The position numbers and the translations under genes were made by a program. The notes beneath the pieces are model-generated. The model made no database searches and was not told the DNA's origin. It worked only from the letters and a program-made list of their open reading frames with translations. Of a stretch of DNA of 64,000 nucleotides, positions 63,778-64,000 are shown piece by piece. The first letter of the stretch is position 1. Each line of letters begins with the position of its first letter. This DNA comes from Octopus vulgaris (Eukaryota), in contig OX597831.1 in the NCBI GenBank assembly GCA_951406725.2, positions 42,904,001 to 42,968,000 on the forward strand. The letters run 5' to 3'.

Positions 63778-64000
63778 TTTGTGTGTGTGTTTGTGTGTAT
63801 GTGTGCATACACAAAAGTTACTCAGTGTAGCTATGTTTACTCACCTTTTCCTGGGACATGCCCAGATTAATTCGTTTTAGTTTTACTTTTGCCTATAAAA
63901 TAGAAGAAAAAAACAGACAAAAATAAAATAAAGGAAGCTAAGATTGATTACTGAACATCTCCAAGACACCTTTTTTTCTTATACAGAAAAAAAAAAATCA

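Overview
Eukaryotic, AT-rich, non-genic (intronic or intergenic) DNA, most likely from an octopus or related cephalopod. This is inferred from the tRNA-SINE families, the extreme (TA)n/(CA)n/(AAT)n load and a mollusc-like cytochrome b NUMT. No host protein-coding gene can be called with confidence, and most ORFs in the track are microsatellite or SINE noise. The window is a transposon graveyard: Tc1, mariner, hAT, piggyBac-type MITEs, Helentron-like non-autonomous elements, RTE, CR1-like and R4/Dong-like LINE remnants, and dozens of SINEs. It also holds one uninterrupted CR1-like ORF2 (921 aa) with a candidate -1 slippery site. The most interesting signal is a recurring class of short non-coding inserts, mostly in (TA)n tracts, with Penelope-like head-to-head inverted architecture and minimal type I hammerhead ribozyme motifs. 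These include a tRNA-headed SINE ending in a hammerhead (two loci) and a full-length U6 snRNA copy with the same fold-back architecture; a Penelope-like RT remnant is also present. Together they suggest Pol III RNAs mobilised in trans by Penelope-like machinery. All calls were made by eye and coordinates of degenerate repeats are approximate.
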